Counted from the stretch's first letter, positions 9,444 to 20,581 are shown. The stretch: 64,000 nt of DNA from an uncultured Bacillota bacterium (GCA_963804645.1 CAWDRG010000010.1:96001-160000), one strand, 5' to 3'. Program-made: numbers and translations. Notes: generated by a model not told the origin, from the letters alone.

Positions 9444-10434
9444 GTGGAGAGCCGGACGTTCGGGCAGACGGCACTGCGGTCGTCGGTGATCGGCCTCGGC
9501 ACGTGGCCGATCGGAGGCGCCCGGTACGGCCAGAGCGACGACCGCGACGCGCTGCGCGCGATCGCCGCGGCGCTGGACGCGGGCGTGACCTGCTTCGACA
9601 CGGCACCCTCGTACGGCGCCGGCCACGCCGAGGAGCTGCTCGGACGGGCCCTCGCCGGCCGGCGCGCCGACGCGGTGATCGTCACCAAGGGCGGCCTGGT
9701 CTGGGACGAGGGAAGCCACGTGCTCGGGCGCGACAGCCGCCGGGAGGCGATCGAGTCCCATCTCGCCGGCAGCCTCACGCGGCTCGCGACCGACTACGTC
9801 GACCTGTACCTCGTGCACTGGCCGGACCCGGCGGTCCCGCTGGAGGACGTGATGGGGACGCTCGAGGGCTTCGTGCAGAGCGGACGCGCGCGCTACGTCG
9901 GCGTCTCGAACTTCACCGGCGCCCAGCTGCGCGCGTCCGCCCCGGCGCTGCGCACGACGCGGCTGGCCGCGGACCAGGTGAGCCTGAGCCTGTTCGACCA
10001 GCGGTGGATGCGGGACGTGTTCCCGGCGTGCGAGGACCTCGGGATCGGGGTCATGGCCTACGGCCCGCTCGCGCACGGGCTGCTCACCGGGGCGCTCACC
10101 CGGTCCACCGTGTTCGACGAGGCCGACTGGCGGCGCAGCGGCACCCTGTTCGGACAGGCGCTGCTGACGCCCGGCAACTTCGAGCGCAACCTCGACGTCG
10201 TCGACCGGCTCGCGGAGATCGCCCGCGAGCGCCGGGCTCACGCTCCCGCAGCTCGCGATCGCATGGGTGCTCTCGCACCGCCCGGTCACGGTGGCGCTGA
10301 TCGGCGCCCGAACGCCCGCGGAGATCACGCAGGCCGCGGGCGCCGCGGGCGCGCGGCTCACGGACGACATGCGGGAGCAGATCGACACGATCATGCGCGA
10401 CGCGGCCGGGCTCTCCACGGTGCTGCCCACGTAG
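9444..10434 (+). CDS. Aldo/keto reductase (one frameshift at ~10232, probably a sequencing indel)
   Basis: IGLGTWPIGG, FDTAPSYG, IVTKGG, DLYLVHWPD, GVSNF; C-terminus LPQLAIAWVL...ALIGARTPAEI continues in the +1 frame to TAG at 10432-10434. Confidence 0.85.
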
Positions 10435-10504
10435 CCGAAAGCGCGGATCACCTGACCCCGTATCGAACACTGGGGGGCCGGTCGTTTCCGCGGAGGTGGG
10501 ATCG

Positions 10505-11427
10505 ATGACGCGCTCGCTGGCCCGCTGTGCCGTCGCGGCGCTCGTACTGGTCCTTGCGGGCGCAAACCCGATCGCCCCCCGGACGGCCGCCGCGGCCCTC
10601 CCAGTGAGCTTCAAGTGGGCGGTGCCGATCCATATCACGTTCACGGAGCATTTCCTCGCCGGCCGCGAGCCGGAGGTCGACCTCCGGCCGGCGATCGTGA
10701 AGCGCGGACTCGCGATACGCGACCAGGGCAACCGCGGCACATGCACCGTCTTCGCCACGACGTTCCTGATCGAATATCGAGCGGGCCGGGATCACCGGCG
10801 CGCACGGCGCCGCGGATGCGCTGTCGGAGGAGTATCTCAACTGGGCCGGCAACAAGGCGACGGGCGAGGACGCCGACGGCGGGTTCTTCACGAAGTTCAT
10901 CGCCGGCTACAAGGCGTGGGGGATCGCCAAGAGCGCGAGCATGCCGTACCGGGCGACCTACAATCCCGCGCATCCCGCGACGCCGAGCGCGTCGACCATC
11001 GCCGCCGCCAAGGCGCTGTTTCCGGTGCGCTATCCGTTCACGATCCTCAAGGTCTGGAACGATCAGGTGGGGATGACCAGCGCGGAGCTGCAGCACGCGC
11101 TCGCCGCGCTGCGGTCCGGCCGTCCCGTGGCCACGGGGATCTGGTGGCTGACGAACTTCGCCACGGTGACCGTCGACGGCGTCCCGCTGCTCAAGGACTA
11201 TCCCCGCAGCGCCAACAACACGCGCGAATCCCCCGATGTTCGACGGCCATTCCATCGACCTCGTCGGCTTCCGCGAGTCGAGCGCGTTCCCCGGCGGCGG
11301 GTACTTCATCTTCCGGAACAGCTTCGGGCCGAGCTTCGGCAACCACGGGTACGGGTTTGTCTCGTTCCAGTACCTCCGCACGTATTCGAACGACGCCATC
11401 GCGATCTCGCCGCCGCCCTGGCGGTAG
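10505..11427 (+). CDS. Secreted papain-like (C1A) cysteine peptidase (two frameshifts at ~10785 and ~11230)
   Basis: Signal-peptide-like N-terminus; VDLRP, RDQGNRGTCTVFA (Gln/Cys), LSEEYL, GHSIDLVGF (His), FIFRNSFG...GYG (Asn), read across three frames. Confidence 0.8.
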
Positions 11428-11467
11428 GTCGCCGCATCGCGACACACACGCACGAGGAGGCGCGTCG

Positions 11468-12867
11468 ATGAGCGAGACCGTGTCCTACCGCAAGACTCTG
11501 CCGGTCGCGGCCGCGGCCGAGGTCCTGGTCGTCGGCAGCGGCCCCGCGGGGCTCGGCGCGGCGATCGCCAGCGCGCGGAACGGCGCCCGCACGCTGCTCG
11601 TCGAACGCTACGGGTTTCTCGGCGGCAATCTCACCGCGGGGCTCGTCGGGCCGTGCATGACGTCCTACAGCCTCGACGGCCAGACGCAGCTCATCAAGGG
11701 GATCTTCGAGGAGATGGTGCTCCGGATGGAGCGGATCGGCGGCGCGATCCATCCGTCGAAGGTCGCGAGGAGCACCCCGTACTGCGGCTTCATCGAGTAC
11801 GGGCACGACAAGGTCACGCCTTTGAGCCGGAGGCCGCGAAGCTCGTCGCGATGGAGATGTGCCTCGAGGCGGGGGTCGCCCTGCGCCTCCACACGTTCGT
11901 GGTGGACGCGGTGCTGGACGGCGCGGCGCTCACGGGGGTGGTCGCGGCCAGCAAGTCGGGCCTCGAGGTGCTGCGCGGGACCGTCACCGTGGACTGCTCG
12001 GCCGACGGGGACGTCGCCGCGCGCGCCGGGGTGCCGTTCGAGATCGGCCGCGCGGAGGACGGCTGGACGCAGCCGATGACCCTGTTCTTCCGGGTGCGCG
12101 GGGTCGACGACGAGCGCGTCGCGGCCTACTGCGCGGCGCACCCCGAGGACTACCGCCCGTTCTCGTCGCTGGTGCAGCAGGCGCGGGAGCGCGGCGAGTT
12201 CTCGATCCCGCGCCGCGGCGTCGGCCTGTACAAGACGCTGACGCCGGGGGTGTGGCGGATCAACACGACGCGCGTCCAGCGGCTCACCGCAACGAGCGCC
12301 GACGATCTGACGCGGGCGGAGATCGAGGGCCGCCGGCAGGCGCAGGAGCTCCTCGCGTTCTTCCGCAAATGGCTGCCGGGCTTCGAACGGTCCGAGCTGC
12401 TCGACACGGCGACGCAGATCGGCGTCCGCGAGTCGCGGCGGATCGCCGGAGAGCACACGCTCACGCTCGAGGACCTCGCCGCGGGGCGGGAGTTCGACGA
12501 CGTGATTGCGCTCGCCGGCTATCCGGTGGACATCCACAGCCCGACCGACGACGGCGGCGGCGCCACGGGAGAGCTCGCGATCGCGAACATCTACGAGATC
12601 CCGTACCGGTCGCTCGTTCCGCTGCGCGTGGAGCAGCTGCTCGTCGCCGGCCGGGCGCTGTCTGCGACCCACGAGGCGCTCGGGGCGGTTCGCGTCATGC
12701 CTCCCGCGATGGCCACGGGCGAAGCGGCGGGCACCGCGGCGGCCATCGCGGTCGCCGACGGCGTGCTGCCGCGCCGCGTCCCCGTGAGCACGCTGCAGGC
12801 GCGGCTCGTCCGCCAGGGCGCGTATCTCGGGGAGCGGATCGCAAAGCGGGTCGGGGTGACCGCCTAG
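11468..12867 (+). CDS. FAD-dependent oxidoreductase (FAD_oxidored/PF12831-like; frameshift at ~11820)
   Basis: VLVVGSGPAGLGAAIASARNGA, VDCSADGDVA, IGVRESRRI, YEIPYRSLVP, LLVAGR, RVMPPAMATGEAAG. Confidence 0.85.
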
Positions 12868-12984
12868 CGGACCGGGACGCCGTGCAGCCGCAGCCGAGGT
12901 GACGCGGCTGAGTCGCCCCCGGCGGAGCGAAGCGGGCGCAGCCCAAGAACCCCGCGCCGAATCGCCGCGACCAGGGGGACAGGG

Positions 12985-13854
12985 ATGACCGTCGCACTCG
13001 TCACGGGAACCAGCACCGGCATCGGCCAGGCCGCCGCCCTGCATCTCGCACGGCAGGGGATCGACGTCCATGCCGGTCTGCGCACCCTCGAATCCGGCGC
13101 GGACCTTCTGAAGTGCGCGTCGACCGAATCACTGCGCGTCACGCCCGTCGTGCTCGACGTCAATGACGACGACTCGGTCCGCCAGGGCGTGCAGACGGTG
13201 CTGGACGCAGCGGGGCGCATCGATGTGCTCGTCAATAACGCCGGAGTGGGCGGCGGTGGGGCCATCGAAGACGTGCCGCTCGATTTCGCGAAGCGCCTGT
13301 TCGAGACGAACTACTTCGGCGCGATCCGAATGATCCGGGCGGTACTTCCCAGCATGCGTGCGCGCCGCACCGGCGCCATTGTGAACGTGAGTTCCGCAGC
13401 AGGGCGCGTGCCACTCGCGGGGCACGGACACTACTCGGCGTCCAAGCACGCACTCGGGGCCGCCAGCCTCATCCTCGCACAGGAAGTGCGTGCGCACGGG
13501 ATCCGGGTGGTCGTGATCGAACCTGGCGTTATCCCCACGCCCATCTGGAGCAAAGCCGTGCGCCTGACCGACGAGGCTTCACCCTACTACGATCACCGAC
13601 GCCGTCTGCAGCTGCTCTTTCAAAAGCTCCTCTTGGGCAGCCCAGCATCGCCGCAGGCGGTGGCGGAGGTCATCGCAGACGCGATCACCACCGAACGACC
13701 CCGGTTCCGGTACTTGGTGGGGGCCGATGCGGAAGCGCTCGTGCAGGGCCGCAGCGCACTCTCAGATGAAGACGTGATCGAGGACGCGCGGGCGATGTCC
13801 GACGCCGAGCATATCGAGATGATGCGGCGTCGCTACGGCATCGACCTCTCCTAA
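12985..13854 (+). CDS. Short-chain dehydrogenase/reductase
   Basis: VTGTSTGIG, LVNNAG, YSASK, IEPG. Confidence 0.9.
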   Translation: MTVALVTGTSTGIGQAAALHLARQGIDVHAGLRTLESGADLLKCASTESLRVTPVVLDVNDDDSVRQGVQTVLDAAGRIDVLVNNAGVGGGGAIEDVPLDFAKRLFETNYFGAIRMIRAVLPSMRARRTGAIVNVSSAAGRVPLAGHGHYSASKHALGAASLILAQEVRAHGIRVVVIEPGVIPTPIWSKAVRLTDEASPYYDHRRRLQLLFQKLLLGSPASPQAVAEVIADAITTERPRFRYLVGADAEALVQGRSALSDEDVIEDARAMSDAEHIEMMRRRYGIDLS

Positions 13855-13919
13855 CACCAGAGAACGGCGGACGCCTGCGCGTCCTCGCGCGACCGCGGAT
13901 CGATTCCGACGCACAGCGC

Positions 13920-14540
13920 TCAGGCGTGCGCGAGGCGCCGTCTGAGCTCCCCCATCGGCTCGCCGCCGGCGAAGTGCAGCGTGCGCAGCCCGAGCGCGGC
14001 GGCGCCCTCGAGGTTCTCCCGGCGGTCGTCGACGAACAGCGCCCGCTCGGGCGCCACGCCGAGACGCACGAGGCACGCCTCGTAGATCCGCCGGTCGGGC
14101 TTGTTGCAGCCCACCTCACACGACGCCACGACCGCGTCGAAGATGCGCTCGGGCCTGCGGTCGGCGCGGATGTGCGCCAGCAGCTCAGGCGGACAGTTCG
14201 AGAGGATGGCGGTGCGCAGGCCCGCGGCATGGGCGTCGCGCGCGAGGTCCCACAGCTCCTCGCGGTAGCGCGTCCACGACTGCACGTCGAGCGCGATCAG
14301 CTGCGCCACGGTCTCCCCGACGACGGCCGACGGCCGCCCGACCGCGGTCAGCACCCGCCGCCAGTACGCCTCGGCGGTCAGCCCGCCGCCGTCGTATCCC
14401 TCGCGGTGCCGCCAGTACGCGGTCCGCAGCGGCTCCACGAGCACGCCGGCCACGCGCGCCATGGTTTCGACGCTCTCGGCCCGCTGCGGCCACGTCAGCA
14501 CTTCGCCAAAATCCAGGATGAGCGCGTCGAGCGGCTCCAC
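13920..14540 (-). CDS. HAD-family phosphatase
   Basis: LILDFGEVL, ILSN, NKPDRRIY, FVDD..ENL; GTG start at 14540. Confidence 0.85.
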   Translation of the reverse strand: MEPLDALILDFGEVLTWPQRAESVETMARVAGVLVEPLRTAYWRHREGYDGGGLTAEAYWRRVLTAVGRPSAVVGETVAQLIALDVQSWTRYREELWDLARDAHAAGLRTAILSNCPPELLAHIRADRRPERIFDAVVASCEVGCNKPDRRIYEACLVRLGVAPERALFVDDRRENLEGAAALGLRTLHFAGGEPMGELRRRLAHA

Positions 14541-14554
14541 GGCGCCGTGTCCGC

Positions 14555-15280
14555 CTAACTCTGCCGCGTCTTGCGCCACTCGAGGAAGCGCTGCTCGATC
14601 TCGGCGCCCATGGGGTACAAACCGTCCAGCGACGCCCCGCGCGAGAGCATCAATCGGATGTACTCCTCCCGGTCTTCGTGCAGGAGGACGTCGTCCACCA
14701 CGTCCGCGACCATCGCCAGCGGAATCACGACGACCCCGTCGTCGTCGCCCAGGATGATGTCGCCCGGGCAGACCAGCGCCCCGGCGCACCCGATGGGGAC
14801 GTTGTAGTCGACGTTGAACACGCTGCCGCCGGGGCTCGCGCTGCCCAGACAAAAGATGGGGATGTTCTTCTCGAGCATGTGCGGCGAGTCGCGCACGCAC
14901 ATGTCCGAGACGATGCCGGCGGCGCCTTTCATCTTGATGCGCAGCGTCAGGAGGTCCCCAAACAGCCCCTCGTTCGTGGCGCCTCGCCCGTCCAGCACGA
15001 CGACGTCGCCCGGCTTGATCGCCTCGATCGCGTCGTCGGGATGCCCAGGGAACAGGGTCCCCCGCACGTAGGCGATCGGCTGCAGATCGTCCCGGCCGGG
15101 CACGCTCCTGATCGTGAGCGCCGGACCCACCGTTTTCATGCCGCGCACCAGCGGCTTGATGGGCATCCAGATGTTCTTGATGCCCCGGCGCCTGAAGATC
15201 GTGGTCAGGGTCGCGGAGCTCGCCCGGCTCAATACCTTGATCGTGTCCGCGCTCGGTCGCGGAAACTCCGGTCCGTGCAT
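14555..15280 (-). CDS. RraA-like / 4-hydroxy-4-methyl-2-oxoglutarate aldolase-family protein
   Basis: GPALTIRSVP, PGDVVVLDG, FGDLL, CVRDS, NVPIGCAG, PGDIILGDDDGVVVIP. Confidence 0.85.
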   Translation of the reverse strand: MHGPEFPRPSADTIKVLSRASSATLTTIFRRRGIKNIWMPIKPLVRGMKTVGPALTIRSVPGRDDLQPIAYVRGTLFPGHPDDAIEAIKPGDVVVLDGRGATNEGLFGDLLTLRIKMKGAAGIVSDMCVRDSPHMLEKNIPIFCLGSASPGGSVFNVDYNVPIGCAGALVCPGDIILGDDDGVVVIPLAMVADVVDDVLLHEDREEYIRLMLSRGASLDGLYPMGAEIEQRFLEWRKTRQS

Positions 15281-15370
15281 GGGTGCGTTCTCCTTGACCT
15301 CGATGATCCGGCCGTCATCGGATCCGGGCCGGGCGCGTGTCGATCGCCTTACGGGGTGCCTACAGATGTC

Positions 15371-15379
15371 ATCATACCA
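15371..15379 (-). promoter_or_regulatory. Extended -10 element (TGgTATGAT) for the RraA-like/HAD genes
   Basis: Minus-strand TGGTATGAT about 90 nt upstream of the ATG at 15280. Confidence 0.5.
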
Positions 15380-15536
15380 CCGCGCCGGTGCGGTTCGGTC
15401 GGATCGCGCGATAGCGTCGCCGCGATCGGCCGCTCGGCGCATTCGACCGCACGCGTGCCGGCAAGGAATCGGTGCGGCCGCGACTAACCCGAGAGTGCGG
15501 GCGCGTACGGCCGCGCCGTTCGGAAGGGAGATCGAG

Positions 15537-16661
15537 ATGCGCGTTGAGACCGTGCGGGCGATCCCGCTGCTGGCCACGCTGGACACGCCGCAGCGGACCG
15601 GGGTCGCGACCTATACGAAGCTCGGCGTCACACTGGTCGAGATCCGCACGGACACGGGGCTCGTGGGGTACGGCGAGTGCGTCGGACGGTATGCCCCGCG
15701 CATCTGGGCGGCGATCGTCGACGATCTGCTCGCGCCGCTCGTGGTGCACCAGGACCCCTTCGACACCGAGCGGCTGTGGGCGCACATGTTCCGGGATCTT
15801 CGGTCCTTCAGCGGCCACAGCCGCGGCATGCTGGTCGAGGCGATCGCCGGCGTCGACATCGCGCTCTGGGACCTGAAGGGGAAGGCGACGGGGCTGCCGC
15901 TCTACGCGCTGCTGGGCGGCGCCGTCCGGACGCGGCTCACGGCCTACGCGTCATCCGTCATGGTGCGCGAGCCCGAGGCGATGACCGCCGATGCGGTGGG
16001 CCTCGTCGCGCAGGGGTTCCGCGCGATGAAAGTCAAGATCGGCGCCGGCGTGGAGCACGATGCCGCGATCGTCCGCAGCATCCGCGGCGCGGTGGGCGAC
16101 CACATCGACATCATGCTGGACGCCAACGGAGCCTACCGGGCCGCGGAGGCGATCGACCTGATCCGCCGGATCGAGGACTGCCGGATCACCTGGCTCGAGG
16201 AGCCGACCGTGGCGGACGACCTCGACGGGTACCGCCGCATCCGCGCGGCCACCGGGATGGCCATCGCCGCGGGCGAGGGCGAGTTCACCCGGTTCGGCGC
16301 CCGCGACCTCCTCGCCGCCGGCGTCATCGACGTCATCCAGCCGGACGTCGCCCGGGCGGGCGGGATCAGCGAGACCCGCAAGATCGTGGATCTCGCGAGC
16401 GCCCACCACGTGGCGTACGCCCCCCACGTGGGGTTCTCGTCGATCGTGTGCGCCGCCGCGACGCTGCACCTGGCCGCCGCGGCCACGACCTTCCTCACCT
16501 ACGAGTGCATGTACACGCGGAATCCGCTGCGGGAGCGCTTGGCGACGACTCCGGTCGGCGGGCCGGCGCAGATGATCGATGGGCAGGTCCCCGTCCCGCA
16601 GGCGCCGGGCCTCGGGATCGAGATCGACCCCGACGCCCTGGCCTACTACACGGCGGGGTGA
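15537..16661 (+). CDS. Mandelate racemase/muconate-lactonizing enzyme family (acid-sugar dehydratase-like)
   Basis: GVDIALWDLKGK, MKVKIG, MLDANG, WLEEP, AGEGE, QPDVARAGG, APH. Confidence 0.9.
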   Translation: MRVETVRAIPLLATLDTPQRTGVATYTKLGVTLVEIRTDTGLVGYGECVGRYAPRIWAAIVDDLLAPLVVHQDPFDTERLWAHMFRDLRSFSGHSRGMLVEAIAGVDIALWDLKGKATGLPLYALLGGAVRTRLTAYASSVMVREPEAMTADAVGLVAQGFRAMKVKIGAGVEHDAAIVRSIRGAVGDHIDIMLDANGAYRAAEAIDLIRRIEDCRITWLEEPTVADDLDGYRRIRAATGMAIAAGEGEFTRFGARDLLAAGVIDVIQPDVARAGGISETRKIVDLASAHHVAYAPHVGFSSIVCAAATLHLAAAATTFLTYECMYTRNPLRERLATTPVGGPAQMIDGQVPVPQAPGLGIEIDPDALAYYTAG

Positions 16662-16707
16662 ACCGGGCGCCGACCGAGGTCGGCGCCGGACAGCGTCGCG
16701 CGACGGC

Positions 16708-17706
16708 TCAGCGGGCCCGCGGCATCCGGAGGACGGGGGCGCCGAGCACGTCGGCGTTCACCACGCGCACCGGCGCCCCGGCCAGAAACGCCCGGATGTC
16801 ATCGACCGCGCCGCCGTAGGCCTCCCGGTAGCCCTCGACCGTCACGTATCCGAGATGAGGCGTCAGCACGACGTTGGCCGTGCGGCGCAAGGGATGGTCC
16901 GCCGGCAGCGGTTCCTGATCGAAAACGTCGAGCGCCGCGCCCGCGATCGTCCCCGCGCGGAGGGCGTCGAGCAGCGCGCCCTCGTCGATGATCGGCCCGC
17001 GCGAGGTATTGACGAGGAACGCGGTCGGCCGCATCCGGGCCAGCTCCTGCGCCCCGATCAGCCCCACCGTCCGCGGGCTCAGGCGCAGGTGGATCGTCAC
17101 CACGTCCGAGCGCCCCAGCAGCTCGTCCTTGGACACGAGCGCCGCGCCGCACTCGGCGGCGCGCGCGGCCGTCAGGTTTTGGCTCCACGCGACGACCGTC
17201 ATCCCGAACGCCGCGCCGATCGCCGCAACCTGCGCGCCGAGCCGGCCGAGCCCGACGACGCCGAGCGTCTTGCCGCGGAGCCCCGATCCCACGGTCATCT
17301 GCCACCGGCCCTCCCGCACCGCCTGATGCTCCTGCGGGATGCGCCGCGCGAACGCGAGGATCAGTCCCCACGTCAGCTCGGCCGTGGGATACGGCAGCAT
17401 CGGGGTGCCGCTCACCACGATGCCGAGCCGGGTCGCGGCGCCCAGGTCGATGGCGGCGTTGCCCATGCCGGTCGTGATCAGCAGGCGCAGCATCGGCAGC
17501 CGGCCGAGCAGGCCGGCGCCGAACGGGGTCCGCTCGCGCATCGCAACGACGATCTCGAACGGCGCGAGCCGCGCGGCGATCTCGCCCTCGTCCGTCAGGT
17601 GATCGCGAAACGTCTCGACGCGCACCTCCGAGCCGAGCCCGTCCCACGGGGCCATCAAGAGCGCCGCGCCCTGGTAGTCGTCGAGCACCGCGACACGGGT
17701 CACCAT
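16708..17706 (-). CDS. D-2-hydroxyacid dehydrogenase-family protein
   Basis: VAVLDDYQ, AMRERTPF, GVVGLGRLG, VNTSRGPI, DVFDQEP, TPHLGY. Confidence 0.9.
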   Translation of the reverse strand: MVTRVAVLDDYQGAALLMAPWDGLGSEVRVETFRDHLTDEGEIAARLAPFEIVVAMRERTPFGAGLLGRLPMLRLLITTGMGNAAIDLGAATRLGIVVSGTPMLPYPTAELTWGLILAFARRIPQEHQAVREGRWQMTVGSGLRGKTLGVVGLGRLGAQVAAIGAAFGMTVVAWSQNLTAARAAECGAALVSKDELLGRSDVVTIHLRLSPRTVGLIGAQELARMRPTAFLVNTSRGPIIDEGALLDALRAGTIAGAALDVFDQEPLPADHPLRRTANVVLTPHLGYVTVEGYREAYGGAVDDIRAFLAGAPVRVVNADVLGAPVLRMPRAR

Positions 17707-17764
17707 CCCGCCACCTCCACGTCGGCGTCCGGGAACCCCGGCCGTGAGCCACCCGGGGCCGGAC

Positions 17765-19078
17765 TCATGCCGGGGGCTCCGGAATCGGCTCGATCCGGCC
17801 GAGCAGGAACAGGTAGCACAGGATCCCGATCAGCAGCACCCCGCCGGCGGCGAGGAAGGCGTTCGCGAACGAGTTGGTGGCGCCCACAATGAATCCCGTG
17901 ACGGCCGGGGCGACCCCGCCCATGATGTTGTTGCCGAAGTTCATAATCCCGCCGACGGTCCCAACGCTTTCCTTGGGCGCGACGAGGCCGGGGAGCGACC
18001 AGCCCACAGGCGACGACGCCGCCAGGCCGCCGAGCGCGATCGAGATCCATGCGATCGCGACGGTGGGGTTCGTCGTGAACGCGGCCCCCAACACCGCGAG
18101 ACCGAGCAGCATGCCGCCGACGAGGATCGTCTTTCGCACGGTCGTCTCGTGCCCGCCCCGCCGGATCAGATGGTCCACGAGCCAGCCGCCTACCACCAGG
18201 TCCGTCACCGTGGCGACGGCCCATGGAATCGTCGTGTACGCCGCCGACGAGAGAATGCTCATGTGCGCGGTCTTGACGAGATAGGCGGGCAGCCAGGTCA
18301 AGAAGAGGTAGAACACGTACCCGTAGGCCGCAAACCCGAGCGTGAGGCCCCATATCTTCGCGTGCCCGAGCAGGTAGCCCACCGGCGCGCCGCGCCGGGC
18401 GTCCGTGGGATCCTCGGGGTGGGCGCCGCCCTCGCGGAGCAGCTCGCGCTCCGCGCCGCCGAGCCACGGATGCTCGCGCGGATTTCGATAGATCCAGTAG
18501 AACGCGAGAAAATAGAGGAAGCTGAGGATCGCCGTCAACCCGAAGCCCCACCGCCACCCGAATCGCGTGATGAAGAACGCCACGAGCGGCACGCCGATGA
18601 CGTTGCTGAACTTGGCCGCCGCGTCGAACAGCGACGTGGCGAGGCTGCGCTCGCGGCGCGGGAACCAGTAGCTCGTCGCCTTCGCGTTGGCGGGAAACAC
18701 CGGCGTCTCGGCGACCCCGAGCAGCGCGCGGGCGGCGATCAAGTGGGACAGACTCGTCGAGAACGCGATCGCCGCGGACGAGACGCTCCACAGAATCGCG
18801 CTCCATCGGCTGATCGTCTTCACGCCGAGCCGGTCCAGCAGGATGCCGCCCGGCACCTGCAGCAGCGCGTACGTCCAGAAGAACGCCCCGAACAGCAGCC
18901 CGAGCTCCGCGGGACCCAAGTGGAACTGCGCGGAGAGCGCCGGCCCCGCGACCGAGAGGTTCACCCGGTCGAAGTAGTTGATGAGGACTCCGACGCCGAG
19001 CAGGACGCCGATCACCCAGCGGAGCCTGCCGGGGCGCGGCGCCGCCGCGGCGCCGGCCTGCTCTGAGATGGTGCTCAT
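17765..19078 (-). CDS. MFS transporter, anion:cation symporter (ACS)-type organic-acid permease
   Basis: INYFDRVNLSVA, FFWTYALLQVPGG, WFPRRERSLA; about 12 hydrophobic segments. Confidence 0.9.
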   Translation of the reverse strand: MSTISEQAGAAAAPRPGRLRWVIGVLLGVGVLINYFDRVNLSVAGPALSAQFHLGPAELGLLFGAFFWTYALLQVPGGILLDRLGVKTISRWSAILWSVSSAAIAFSTSLSHLIAARALLGVAETPVFPANAKATSYWFPRRERSLATSLFDAAAKFSNVIGVPLVAFFITRFGWRWGFGLTAILSFLYFLAFYWIYRNPREHPWLGGAERELLREGGAHPEDPTDARRGAPVGYLLGHAKIWGLTLGFAAYGYVFYLFLTWLPAYLVKTAHMSILSSAAYTTIPWAVATVTDLVVGGWLVDHLIRRGGHETTVRKTILVGGMLLGLAVLGAAFTTNPTVAIAWISIALGGLAASSPVGWSLPGLVAPKESVGTVGGIMNFGNNIMGGVAPAVTGFIVGATNSFANAFLAAGGVLLIGILCYLFLLGRIEPIPEPPA

Positions 19079-19185
19079 CCGCCCGTGTCCCCCTGCGTGT
19101 CGAGGCTGTGTCCGGTCGCGCGCGGGTGCGGCAGGAGCGTGCAGCGCGCCCACTGAGCAATACGGACGCCCGGCCCCGCTCTCCT

Positions 19186-20352
19186 TCAGCCCGCGCGGGC
19201 GGGGAGCCCGGACGCGGCGGCCGCGGACAGGACGGAGCCCAGCGCCACGGTGAGGAACGCGACCGCCGGCACGTGGGTCGCGTCCCACGCGGCCCCGGCG
19301 GCGAGCGGCAGGACGAACGTGCAGCTGTACGCGACGGCGAACATGCCCGCCGACAGCCGGTGCACGTCATGGGCCCCGGTGAGCAGCGGCGGCGTGGCGA
19401 GCGCCAGAATCAGGACCGTCGCCGTGAAAAACCCGATGAGCGCGGGCCCGGCGACGATGAGCCGGCCGGGCGCGAGGAGAAAAACCGCGAGCCCCGTGAG
19501 GATCAGGAGGCCCGCGGCGAGGAACGGCGCCCGACGGCCGAGCAGCCGCGGCGCGAGCCAGGCGACCATCACCGACGCCGGGATCTGCCCCGTGTTCAGC
19601 GCCGTGAGGCACGGGCCGATCAGCTCGGGGCGGCCCGTCGCGCGCAGGAACTCGGGGATGAACGCGTTCGCCCCGAAATACGCGGCCGACGCGCCGCCGA
19701 GCGTCAACCCGAGCCGCAGCGTGGGGGTCCCGCGCCAGTCCGGCCACCACAGGCGCGGAGCCGAGCCGGGCGCCGCCGGCGGGGCCGGGAGCGCGCGCAG
19801 CCAGAGCGCGGTCAGCAGCACCGGCACGGACCAGACGACGAGGCTCCACTCCCAACTGCCCCCGACGAGCGGCAGCACCAGCGGGAGGGTGAGCGCGGCG
19901 CTGACCGCCTCACCGATGAGCAGCCCGTTGCCGTACACGGCCGTCGCGAGACCCACGCGCGTGGGATACCACTGGCTCACGAGCGCGGGCATCGCGGGCT
20001 GCGTGATCGACACGCCCACCCCCATCACGAGCGTCATCGCGAACAGCACCGCGATCGACGGGCCGACGCCGCGCAGGGCGCCCGCCGCGGCGATCAGCAC
20101 GAGCCCCAGCACCGCGGCGCGCTGCGCGCCGATCCGCGAGATCAGCAGCGACCCGAGAATCGCCGCGGCGGCGAGCAGAAACACCGGCAGACCGGTCAGC
20201 GCCCCGACGCCGGCCTCGCTCAGACGGAGGTCGCGGTGGATCAAGATCAGCACCGGCGGGACGGCGAGAATGGTCAGGCGGAGATCCACGCCCAACAGCC
20301 ACAGCAGCAGCATCCGCGGCCAGAACGGGTGCGGTCGATCAGCGAGTGACAC
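19186..20352 (-). CDS. MFS transporter, CynX-like
   Basis: GVDLRLTILAVPPVL, LTGLPV, QPAMPALV; many transmembrane segments; start codon approximate. Confidence 0.8.
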   Translation of the reverse strand: MSLADRPHPFWPRMLLLWLLGVDLRLTILAVPPVLILIHRDLRLSEAGVGALTGLPVFLLAAAAILGSLLISRIGAQRAAVLGLVLIAAAGALRGVGPSIAVLFAMTLVMGVGVSITQPAMPALVSQWYPTRVGLATAVYGNGLLIGEAVSAALTLPLVLPLVGGSWEWSLVVWSVPVLLTALWLRALPAPPAAPGSAPRLWWPDWRGTPTLRLGLTLGGASAAYFGANAFIPEFLRATGRPELIGPCLTALNTGQIPASVMVAWLAPRLLGRRAPFLAAGLLILTGLAVFLLAPGRLIVAGPALIGFFTATVLILALATPPLLTGAHDVHRLSAGMFAVAYSCTFVLPLAAGAAWDATHVPAVAFLTVALGSVLSAAAASGLPARAG

Positions 20353-20411
20353 GGCCCTCACGCGGCTTCCTGCGGCGGCCAGGCGTGCGCGGCGCGAACA
20401 ACCACGGCACT

Positions 20412-20440
20412 CTGGTACCACACTGAGACGCGGGTGTCAA
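20412..20440 (-). promoter_or_regulatory. Putative sigma70 promoter for the CynX-like/MFS operon, overlapping a TGGTACCA palindrome
   Basis: Minus strand TTGACA, 17-nt spacer, TACCAG with a TGn extension; the palindrome TGGTACCA covers the -10. Confidence 0.5.
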
Positions 20441-20581
20441 ATCGCGCGCCGTCCAGGGCAGGAGGGGGTGCGGCGGCGTGGTATCCAGCCGTATCGCCTC
20501 TCACTCCGCGGCAGACCCGCATGACCTCGCGCGCGCATGCGGCGCCCGATCCGCGGAGGAGGCGCTCTCGGGGGTGGCGTC

